Shown here piece after piece: positions 1-7,999 of a DNA stretch of 64,000 nt. The position numbers and the translations under genes were made by a program. This stretch comes from an uncultured Candidatus Saccharimonas sp. (GTDB lineage: Bacteria > Patescibacteriota > Saccharimonadia > Saccharimonadales > AQU-01): assembly GCA_943358095.1 (NCBI GenBank), contig CALRGT010000002.1:32782-96781 (forward strand). The letters are read 5' to 3'. The notes under the pieces were generated by a model. It worked only from the letters and a program-made list of their open reading frames with translations, was not told the DNA's origin and ran no database searches. How positions within the stretch are numbered: position 1 is the first letter of the stretch; every line of letters begins with the position of its first letter.

Positions 1-985
1 CTTTTTCTAGGTTTGGCCAACCGGCAAAGGCAGCGGTTAGCATTAGGACGGTTGATTTGGGGGCGTGGAAGTTCGTTAGCAGAGTATCAACAATTTTAAA
101 TTCGTACCCGGGATAAATAAAAATATTGGCTTCGCCGGAAATCACATTTTCCTCATCTGTTAAGGGTTTAACCCTTAACAGGGGGGAGTTTTGTGATTTG
201 GCTACGTATTCAAGTGTGCGGGCGACAGTCGTGCCAACGGCTAATATTTTACGACCCGAATTTTTGGCCTGACGAATAGCCATTACTGTAGACTTTGGAA
301 TCTCGAAATACTCGCTATGCATTATGTGGTCTTCGATATTATCTGCTCGAATTGGCAGAAATGTTCCAAGCCCAACATGTAGAGTTAGATAGGCGATCTT
401 TCCACCCATTGCGATAATTTTCTTTTCTAGCTCGTGAGTAAAATTAAGTGAAGCGGTTGGAGCGGCGACCGAGCCAGGCAAATTAGCAAATACGGTTTGG
501 TAACGTTCAGTATCGTTTTTGGTGGCATCGCGGCGCATATATGGAGGCAGTGGAACTTTACCCGTTAACTCAGCTAAAGTCAGCAAGTCGTGCTCGCTGG
601 TTATTATCGCGAGTCCACCGTCCAAGATATCAGAAATTGTTATTTTTGTTTTGCCGACCGATAACTGCTCGTCTTTATGGATAGCGCCTCGGTACATTAC
701 TCGGCGCTTATATGGGTCGCTACCAGCGTGCTCCTCAAGTAATAGTAGTTCACGTGGCTGGCCATTGGCGTTAACTGCCAATAGACGTGCTTTTATTACT
801 CTGGTGTCGTTCAGAATAACTAAATCGCCAGGTTCGATGAATTCGTGTAAATCATAATAGTGATGATGGGTGATAGATCCAGATACTTTGTCTAAGACCA
901 GTAATCTGCTGCTACCACGAACTTCTGGCGGGAACTGAGCAATCCGTTCATCGGGCAAATCGTAGGTGTAGTCGCTAATTTTCAT
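1..985 (-). CDS. queA: S-adenosylmethionine:tRNA ribosyltransferase-isomerase (3' end outside window)
   Basis: Manual translation from ATG at 985 gives MKISDYTYDLPDERIAQFPPEVRGSSRLLVLDK..., later GSVAAPTASLNFT, LTLHVGLGTFLPI and NFHAPKST; these are QueA motifs. Absent from the ORF track because it runs off the window edge. Confidence 0.93.
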   Translation of the reverse strand, partial: MKISDYTYDLPDERIAQFPPEVRGSSRLLVLDKVSGSITHHHYYDLHEFIEPGDLVILNDTRVIKARLLAVNANGQPRELLLLEEHAGSDPYKRRVMYRGAIHKDEQLSVGKTKITISDILDGGLAIITSEHDLLTLAELTGKVPLPPYMRRDATKNDTERYQTVFANLPGSVAAPTASLNFTHELEKKIIAMGGKIAYLTLHVGLGTFLPIRADNIEDHIMHSEYFEIPKSTVMAIRQAKNSGRKILAVGTTVARTLEYVAKSQNSPLLRVKPLTDEENVISGEANIFIYPGYEFKIVDTLLTNFHAPKSTVLMLTAAFAGWPNLEK

Positions 986-1077
986 ACTGACCTATTTTAC
1001 ACCTTAATATTGCCAGCTCATAACAAATAACATCTTGGCTACTGTTAGATAACGGCCTCATCTGCTAACATAAGCGT

Positions 1078-1788
1078 ATGTGGGAAATAGATAACAATCA
1101 ATTATACAAAGAATTTAGTTTTAAGAATTTTCGTGAGGCCTTTAAGTTTATGGAGGCCGTAGCTGAGTTGGCTGAGCAGCAGCAACACCATCCAAAATGG
1201 CAGAATGAATGGAATAAGGTCGGTATTTGGCTGTCTACACACGAAGCTGGCGATACTATTACCAACAAAGATCATCATCTTGCTGAGACAATTGACGCAG
1301 CTTATAACAGATTGATTCAGACGAAATTCGTAGAGCAAAACACAACGTTATCGCCAGCTGAAATAGGCAAGGATATTGAAATTAAATTGTATGCAGATGG
1401 TGGTTCTAGGGGTAATCCTGGTCCTTCTGCGGCCGGTTTTGTCTTATTAGATATGCACGACGAAGTTATCTTTAAGAACGGTTTATATCTGGGAGTTACC
1501 ACTAATAATCAGGCAGAATACCAGGCTCTAAAGCTTGGCCTAGATGAGGCGCATAAACGGGGTGCTCAAGAGGTGCATGTGTTCCTCGACAGCCTCTTAG
1601 TAATCAACCAGATGAAGGGCATATTTAAGATTAAAAACCGTGATTTATGGCCGATACACCAATCTATCGTTGATCAGCTTAAAAACTTCAAAAAGGTTAA
1701 TTTTACTCATGTACCGAGAGAGTTTAATCAGTTAGCTGACCGTATGGTTAACGATATTTTGAATGATACTGACCTAAAAGCCGTTTAA
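1078..1788 (+). CDS. Fusion of pterin-4a-carbinolamine dehydratase-like domain and ribonuclease HI
   Basis: N-terminal ~75 aa: FKNFREAFKFM..VAELAEQQQHHP..W..V.IWLSTH (PCD/PhhB pattern). C-terminal: ADGGSRGNPGPSAAG, TNNQAEY, DSLLVINQM, HVPREFNQLAD (type 1 RNase H). Confidence 0.88.
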   Translation: MWEIDNNQLYKEFSFKNFREAFKFMEAVAELAEQQQHHPKWQNEWNKVGIWLSTHEAGDTITNKDHHLAETIDAAYNRLIQTKFVEQNTTLSPAEIGKDIEIKLYADGGSRGNPGPSAAGFVLLDMHDEVIFKNGLYLGVTTNNQAEYQALKLGLDEAHKRGAQEVHVFLDSLLVINQMKGIFKIKNRDLWPIHQSIVDQLKNFKKVNFTHVPREFNQLADRMVNDILNDTDLKAV

Positions 1789-1831
1789 TATATCTATTGC
1801 GCTTTAGGTTTAAAAGTGGGATAATGTATTA

Positions 1832-2199
1832 GCCAGATAATCGACTGATCGACGGACTATTGGCAACAATGGTCGGTAGGAAAGTCCGGGCAACACAGGG
1901 AAGTACTGTCGCTAACGGCGACCGGGGGCAACCCTAGGGAAAGTGCCACAGAAACTAAACCGCCTAAGCAGTCGAAAGACTGACGGTAAGGATGAAACGA
2001 GTGAGGTAAGAGCTCACAGCATCTCATGGTGACATGAGACGAAGGTAAACCCAGTACGTTGCAAGGAGATATGTCTCACACAGGCGTCCCGCCGAGGCAA
2101 TTCACAAAACCCGCTCGAGCCTAAGAGCAATTTTAGGCCTAGATAGATGATCAGAACTCGCGCAAACGAGGACAGAACCCGGCTTACAGATCATCTGGC
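1832..2199 (+). ncRNA. rnpB: RNase P RNA
   Basis: Conserved motifs GGAAAGTCCGGGC, GAAAGTGCCACAGAAA, GGTAAACCC and ACAGAACCCGGCTTA; P1 pairing GCCAGAT/ATCTGGC. Confidence 0.96.
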
Positions 2200-2205
2200 A
2201 TATAT

Positions 2206-2235
2206 AAAAACACCGCCCCTAAAAGGCGGTGTTTT
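2206..2235. terminator. Bidirectional intrinsic terminator between rnpB and rplT
   Basis: AAAAACACCGCC-loop-GGCGGTGTTTTT. Confidence 0.85.
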
Positions 2236-2270
2236 TCTTAGTACTTCAATGCTATCAACTATGAATGGGT

Positions 2271-2615
2271 CTATTTGTTGGTAGCTTTGACTACTGCTTC
2301 AAAAGATTTCGGCTCATTAACAGCTAGTTCAGCTAGGATCTTGCGATCTAGAATGATGTTAGCGGTTTTTAGGGCAGCAATTAATCGGCTGTAAGTAGTG
2401 TCGTGTAGGCGAGCAGCTGCATTAATACGAGCATTCCATACTTGTCGGAATGTTCGCTTGCGGTTGCGTCGGTCGCGATAAGCGTGCTGCAATGACTTTG
2501 TAACAGCTTGGCGACCTCTTTTAATACTGCTACGGTTGCCTCTAGTGAAGCCCTTAGTAGCTTTGCGAATCTTCTGGTGTCTGGCGTGACTAGTGACGCC
2601 TCGTTTAACTCTCAT
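2271..2615 (-). CDS. rplT: 50S ribosomal protein L20
   Basis: MRVKRG...AYRDRRNRKR.FR..W..RINAAAR...LDRKILAELA. Confidence 0.97.
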   Translation of the reverse strand: MRVKRGVTSHARHQKIRKATKGFTRGNRSSIKRGRQAVTKSLQHAYRDRRNRKRTFRQVWNARINAAARLHDTTYSRLIAALKTANIILDRKILAELAVNEPKSFEAVVKATNK

Positions 2616-2810
2616 CTATACTCCCATTCTTGTCTTGATATTTCGTGCAAATTTACCGACGATCTGTTCAGTGCCAGCTAATTTACGCTTACGAGCTGCA
2701 CTCTTCTTCTGCAAGAAGTGACTGCGCATCGAATGACGGCGTAGTACTTTGCCGTTCTTGGTGATTTTGATGCGGTCTTTTGTGCCGCTGTGTGACTTAA
2801 GCTTTGGCAT
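2616..2810 (-). CDS. rpmI: 50S ribosomal protein L35
   Basis: MPKLKSHSGTKDRIKITKNGKV; lies between infC and rplT. Confidence 0.95.
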   Translation of the reverse strand: MPKLKSHSGTKDRIKITKNGKVLRRHSMRSHFLQKKSAARKRKLAGTEQIVGKFARNIKTRMGV

Positions 2811-3351
2811 TTTTCTTCTCCTGGTTTAGGTTAGGTAAGGCTTTGCCTGTACCTCTTATTACGAATGATAATTGTCGTCCGGCGAGTGATGGTGATTGTT
2901 CAACCACTATGCTGTCCCCGAACATCTCGATCACTTTAGCCGCAAGTTTATAACCTAGTTCCTGGTGAGCCATTTCGCGGCCCTTGTACCAAACTCCGAT
3001 TTTAACCTTGTGACCAGCTTCCAAGAAGCTTGTAACCTTGCGCAATTTGACGGCTAAATCGTTTTCGCCAATCTTGAGACCGAAGCGCATTTGCTTTATC
3101 TCAACCACTTTGACGTTGCGTTTATTCTTCTGAAGCTGCTTTGTGCGCTGGTAGTTAAACTTGCCCCAATCGACAATTTTAGCTACTGGTGGGCTGGCGT
3201 CAGGTGAAATCTCCACCAAATCCAGTCCTGCTTCTTCTGCCAAACGTAAAGCTTCACCTTTCGACATGACGCCAAGTAATTTGCCGTCTTCGTCCACTAC
3301 ACGTAGTTGTGACGCCTGAATAAGATGGTTCAGACGAGTCGGTTTAGCGAT
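2797..3351 (-). CDS. infC: Translation initiation factor IF-3 (probable ATC start)
   Basis: GLDLVEISP...PPVAKIVDWGKF and GHKVKI...KGRE motifs. The frame stays open upstream of the track start to an ATC at 3351, 9 nt after AAGGAG. Confidence 0.95.
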   Translation of the reverse strand: MAKPTRLNHLIQASQLRVVDEDGKLLGVMSKGEALRLAEEAGLDLVEISPDASPPVAKIVDWGKFNYQRTKQLQKNKRNVKVVEIKQMRFGLKIGENDLAVKLRKVTSFLEAGHKVKIGVWYKGREMAHQELGYKLAAKVIEMFGDSIVVEQSPSLAGRQLSFVIRGTGKALPNLNQEKKNAKA

Positions 3352-3388
3352 AAGTTCGTTCTCCTTGCTATCATTTAGGTTCGTCCCA

Positions 3389-3416
3389 TTATAACAGAGA
3401 GAACATCAGAGGTCAA
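3389..3416 (-). promoter_or_regulatory. Sigma70-type promoter of infC-rpmI-rplT
   Basis: TTGACC-17 nt-TATAAT on the minus strand. Confidence 0.75.
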
Positions 3417-3525
3417 CCTCATCTTGTTACTTTTGATTAGCTTAAGACATTAAACCATTAGCAGTTTATTGTTCTTTTTTAAAAAGAATGAACTTTGCCA
3501 CTTTTGTCTCGGACAATAGCTTACC

Positions 3526-3756
3526 GTTACTTTTGTTTCGGCAAAAGTAACACAAAACCGAGGGGCGATGTCTACTTCTTGATACAGTCTCCAGTCAAGC
3601 CTGACAACTGCCTGCGGAACTAGGCCCGCTCTATTATTCTCCGGAGGGCGGGCCGTCAAACAGTCCTCGGCTGATAGTTGTCAGTTTGACGAGACATGTA
3701 TCAGGAAGCAGCCAAGCCCCATCTAAGACCATGGAATGATTGCTAAAGACAATCAT
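3526..3756 (+). ncRNA. Unclassified ~230-nt structured element, copy A
   Basis: 5' hairpin 3526-3551 with a U(UUCG)G loop; conserved blocks 3553-3572, 3610-3621, 3660-3671, 3711-3735; long helix 3573-3609/3676-3710; hairpins 3623-3654 and 3736-3756. Transcription not shown. Confidence 0.55.
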
Positions 3757-3768
3757 AATTTTATATAT

Positions 3769-3988
3769 TGCCCGCCTCCAGCGGGCATCCATGGTCTTTG
3801 GTGGGGCTTGGCGACTACCCGAAATAGATTCCGACAAGAGCACAACAACACTACCTGCCGAGGACTGTCTGAAGATGCGAATGCATCAAGTTCCGCAGGC
3901 TGTGTTGTGCTCCTTGTTCGGAAGCTATATCGAGTTGGCGACACCGCCCCTCGGTTTTGCGCCATCTTTTGCCGAGACAAAAGTGGCA
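3769..3988 (-). ncRNA. Unclassified structured element, copy B (inverted relative to copy A)
   Basis: The same four blocks on the minus strand (3940-3959, 3889-3900, 3857-3868, 3788-3812), joined by different but still self-complementary helices. Confidence 0.55.
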
Positions 3989-4004
3989 TAAGAAACAATT
4001 TTTA

Positions 4005-5531
4005 TTAAAAGGTAACAGTACGTTTTCGGTATTGCAAAGCCTCCGCCATATGAGCCGAAGTAATAAACTCAGAAGATTCTAAATCTGCAATAGTCCGAGC
4101 CACCTTGATAGACTTCATATAATGCCGAGCCGAAATCTGCAGCCGCGAAGCCGCCTGGTTAAGCAGTTCCTGTGCCTCAGAAGAGAGTAGGCCGATCTTT
4201 TTAATATCTTGATTGGTCATATCGCTGTTAGTCTTGGTAGTAGTCTGGAATCGTTCAGTCTGCCGAGCTCGAGCTAAAACCACCCGATCGGCAATTTCGG
4301 CGCTGGATTCTTGGTCGTCACTGGTTAGTAACTTGGCGTGAACCACCTCATCAACATCAACATACATATCAATTCGATCGATAATTGGCCCAGATAATTT
4401 GCGTTGGTAATTAGTTATTTGGTGAGGCATGCAGCTACATTCATGGCTGGTGCCGTAGTATCCGCAGGGGCAGGGGTTGGCGGTTGCGACTAGGATAAAA
4501 TGTGCCGGAAAGATAAGGCTATCACGTGCTCGCGCCACACTTATTATTTTGTCTTCGAGCGGCTGTCGTAGAGCTTCAATCGTGGCTCTACCAAATTCTG
4601 GCAACTCATCCAAGAATAATATTCCTCTGTGGGCTAAACTAATTTCGCCAGGGCGAGGATATTGACCACCTCCAATTATAGATATATCGCTCGCACTATG
4701 ATGCGGCGAACGAAATGGTCTGCTGTGAATAATTACATCGTATTGTTTGCTAGCTAGGCTGTGAAGATGAGTTACTTCGAGCATTTCTTCTGGGCTGAGC
4801 GCAGGCAGGATGGTCGGCAAGGCTTTGGCTAGCATGCTTTTACCGGTGCCTGGCGGTCCGTTTAGCAGAACATTGTGTGAGCCGGCGGCAGCTATTTCGA
4901 GCGCACGCTTGGCTCTGTGTTGGCCCACAACATACTTAAAGTCGCTGCTATTACTATCTCCCGGCGACGATTTAGCACGTCCGGTGGTTCCGTTATTGGT
5001 GGCGATAGATTTTAAGCTGACAGTATTATTTAGGTGTAGATAAATATCACGGATATTCTGAACGGGGATAATGGTTATATTTGGCACTAGTAGAGCTTGG
5101 CGAGCGTTACCGTAGGGAATATAAAATATATCAAAGCCCAGCTCACGCCCGGCCAGTAATTTGCCGATAATGCCTCGGACTGGGCGAACGCTACCGTTAA
5201 GTGCGAGCTCGCCAATCATTAAAGTATTGTCGCCAAGTGCTTGGCTGGTCTGGCTGCCGGCGATTAGGATTGCTGTAGCTATAGCTAGATCAAAACTCGT
5301 GCTGTCTTTTGGAATATCTGCAGGAGCTAGATTAACAGTAATTCGCTTCTTTGGTAATTTAAGTTCAGCATTAGTAAATGCGCCGCGCAACCTCTCCTTG
5401 GCTTCATCGACAGCCTTATTAGCCAGTCCGACGATGATAATGCTTGGTAGGCCGTTAGATAAGTGGCATTCCACATCTATTACTACTCCAGTTGAACCCG
5501 ATTCAATAACGCTTTGTACGGTCGCACTCAT
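4005..5531 (-). CDS. comM: YifB/ComM family Mg-chelatase-like AAA+ ATPase
   Basis: RITVNLAPAD.PK...FDLAIA, GELAL.G.VRPVRG, Walker A GPPGTGKS, PGEISLAHRGILFLDE, ANPCPCG. Confidence 0.93.
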   Translation of the reverse strand: MSATVQSVIESGSTGVVIDVECHLSNGLPSIIIVGLANKAVDEAKERLRGAFTNAELKLPKKRITVNLAPADIPKDSTSFDLAIATAILIAGSQTSQALGDNTLMIGELALNGSVRPVRGIIGKLLAGRELGFDIFYIPYGNARQALLVPNITIIPVQNIRDIYLHLNNTVSLKSIATNNGTTGRAKSSPGDSNSSDFKYVVGQHRAKRALEIAAAGSHNVLLNGPPGTGKSMLAKALPTILPALSPEEMLEVTHLHSLASKQYDVIIHSRPFRSPHHSASDISIIGGGQYPRPGEISLAHRGILFLDELPEFGRATIEALRQPLEDKIISVARARDSLIFPAHFILVATANPCPCGYYGTSHECSCMPHQITNYQRKLSGPIIDRIDMYVDVDEVVHAKLLTSDDQESSAEIADRVVLARARQTERFQTTTKTNSDMTNQDIKKIGLLSSEAQELLNQAASRLQISARHYMKSIKVARTIADLESSEFITSAHMAEALQYRKRTVTF

Positions 5532-5631
5532 GTTAGCCTCATTTCTAATTGAATAGTGTAGGGCAGAGAGGACTAAAAAATTATGAATAAAAGCTTACAA
5601 AGTTATTAGCGGAATGCTAGTCTCTACAAAG

Positions 5632-5661
5632 AAAAACCCGCCTATTTGTGGCGGGGTTTTC
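5632..5661. terminator. Terminator-like hairpin
   Basis: AAAAACCCGCC-loop-GGCGGGGTTTT. Confidence 0.55.
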
Positions 5662-6663
5662 TTGGGTGATGAGTTTTGGTGTGTGTTTGATTTTGTTATT
5701 AGAACTAATTGTTTTTATGGAACAACGGCTTGCGATAAGCCGTTGTTACTGAAGACGTTTTTGTTTTTGAGCACCTTTTTTATTCAGTGCTATTTATATC
5801 CTATACATTGTCTTTTTAGCTGTCAACATGTTTGTGGTTAAAATAGCAAATAAAGCTGTGCATAACTATATTAACAGGGGTGAGAATTGGCTAAAAATAT
5901 AGTCATAGTCATTAGGTTTTGGCGAACTATTCGGCACAGGCAGCAAAATTGACTATAAAGAGCTATTCTTAACGATCATCAATGATTTTTAATAATTATT
6001 GCGGCTGAAATAGCTAAATAGGTCACAAATTATTAATAGACTGTAAGGTTGGCGGGCGGGGGATTAGATCGTCTGTTTGCCAAAACATACTAAACAGTCG
6101 CTCCGGTATCTGTTAGAGCGATTTTAAGCCCTTATAGCGCGGGTTAATACGAATAATGACCCAGTTAATCGCTTGCGAGCAGATTATGAGTGTATTGCCT
6201 GAGATTATTGATATGAATGGTCTATATAGTCTAGCAAGCCAATACGTACGGCTGAGCTATGCAGCATGTGAGGCTTATTTATGCAGAACCTAAAGGCTAG
6301 ATTAGCAGCCAGAATAGTCCAGTTTAGGCCAAAAATTTACTTTATAAAGTGCCCATAATCCAGGTATAAAAATACGTAAATTCAAGCACTCAGAAGCCTT
6401 AAATTATACATAAATTGAGTGTTTATGTGGTCTAATACCAGGCATTAATCACCAAATAATGCGCTCTAAATCCAATTTCACGGCGTCTAAAACTAGCTGA
6501 AATAAATCTCATTGCTTGGGTCTGTGTTCAGGCTATGTTCGTATTCTGTGCATATATTTTGAGAATTACCGTTGTCATATTAATAACAGCTAGGATGCTA
6601 TATTTCATTTATTCAGAACACCCGCTTACACTGTATAGTTGTTATAATTACATTATAATCGTA

Positions 6664-6692
6664 TTGACATAAGCGTAATAATTTAGTACTGT
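6664..6692 (+). promoter_or_regulatory. Sigma70-type promoter candidate
   Basis: TTGACA-17 nt-TACTGT. Confidence 0.5.
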
Positions 6693-7118
6693 AGGTGAGG
6701 TAATTTACGAGAATATTACCAAAAGTAACTGCTCCAGTTACACCTCGCTCCGAGTGCTGAAAAGCATAAAGAGCGGTCAGTCAAAAAAGCCAAAGGACGG
6801 TAACTGCCATACATTTTATATTGGGCGGATTTACCGTCCGGCTTCCAAGATTTTATAACGCATCTCGTAGTACGAATTGTCCGCAAAAAGTAAAACAAAA
6901 AAAGTGAGAAAAATATGTCTACACATAAATCAAAACATCAAGATTTTATCAACGAACACACGATCACAAATAGACGATTTTAGTCCCAGAGTTTTTCGGG
7001 GTAGTTATTTTGTTCGTGGACGATTTTGATAGTTTGTGAGGACTGCAGGGATACGATTGCCTTATCGGGAGGAACGGCGGAAACATACAAGAACAGTAGA
7101 AAAGGGGAGGGTTTAGAG

Positions 7119-7472
7119 TTGAAACGAAGACTAGTCAAAAAGTTAACAATACCAGTGCTGCTTTACGGCGGCATTGTTTTGTTTATGTTTAGTACTGATC
7201 CGACCAAACTTGCCATCGGCTGGCTGGTTCTTCCATTTCTATGGATATTTATAACCTTGCTTTGGTCTTTTATTAAATTGTTTACAGAGATAATGCACCG
7301 GGACAAGTCGCCAAGGACCATTATTCTATCTGTATTTTGTGCTGGAATGCCGACTTTAGTATTGTTGCTGGACTCAATTAGTCAGTTGACCATAAGAGAC
7401 GTCATGCTTATTTTTGTTTTTGGGCTTGTTGGATATTTCTATGTTTCTAAGCTTGATTTACGTTTAAGCTAG
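7119..7472 (+). CDS. Hypothetical multi-pass membrane protein
   Basis: About four hydrophobic segments; TTG start at 7119 chosen because GGAGG lies just upstream. Confidence 0.7.
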   Translation: MKRRLVKKLTIPVLLYGGIVLFMFSTDPTKLAIGWLVLPFLWIFITLLWSFIKLFTEIMHRDKSPRTIILSVFCAGMPTLVLLLDSISQLTIRDVMLIFVFGLVGYFYVSKLDLRLS

Positions 7473-7549
7473 TGCTTTTGTCTACATATATACAAAATTA
7501 GCCTTTTTATGTCGTTTTGACGACATGCTTCTGCTATAATTTAAGCCAT

Positions 7550-7984
7550 ATGGACCCGACACAAGACCCTAATCAGGCGGAGGAGGACTCGCTAACTAAC
7601 CTACCAGAGGTTATGGCTATAAAGGCGCAGGCAGCTTCCGCTATACATCAAACACCGGCTACTCCTGATGAGACTGTAGTCGAACCTAATAAAACTCAAG
7701 AAGCAAATAATCTTGTCGATAAGGTTAATGACGAAATTCAGATAAGTTCGGCAAAAAACGCCGTAGATTTAGCGACAAAAGTCCCTGGATCTTCCTATCA
7801 CCCAGATAGTCCAGCTGTGGCAGACGATAACGACTTGATAGAACAAGAGTGGGTGCATAAAGCAAAGGCAATTGTCGAGCGGACTCATGATGATCCTTAC
7901 CTGCAGAATAAAGAGATAAACCAGTTCAAGGCAGACTACATTGGTAAGCGATATAAGCGTGAGATTAAAGTCGATGAATCTTAA
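7550..7984 (+). CDS. Hypothetical protein (acidic N-terminus, ordered-looking C-terminal motif DLIEQEWV..AK)
   Basis: Open frame; ATG 9 nt after TGCTATAAT; 15 nt upstream of the ATPase gene. Confidence 0.75.
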   Translation: MDPTQDPNQAEEDSLTNLPEVMAIKAQAASAIHQTPATPDETVVEPNKTQEANNLVDKVNDEIQISSAKNAVDLATKVPGSSYHPDSPAVADDNDLIEQEWVHKAKAIVERTHDDPYLQNKEINQFKADYIGKRYKREIKVDES

Positions 7985-7999
7985 GAAAAGTAGTCAGTT

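Noticed and set aside
519..857. 112-aa + strand ORF
   Set aside because: Antisense to queA.
3700..3720. AGGAAGCAGCCAAG resembles SRP RNA domain IV
   Set aside because: The preceding CAGG-stem-GNRA part is missing and the motif is not kept in the second copy.
3450..4008. Five short overlapping ORFs on both strands
   Set aside because: They overlap each other, have no motifs or clear ribosome-binding sites, and mirror one another because of the inverted structured element.
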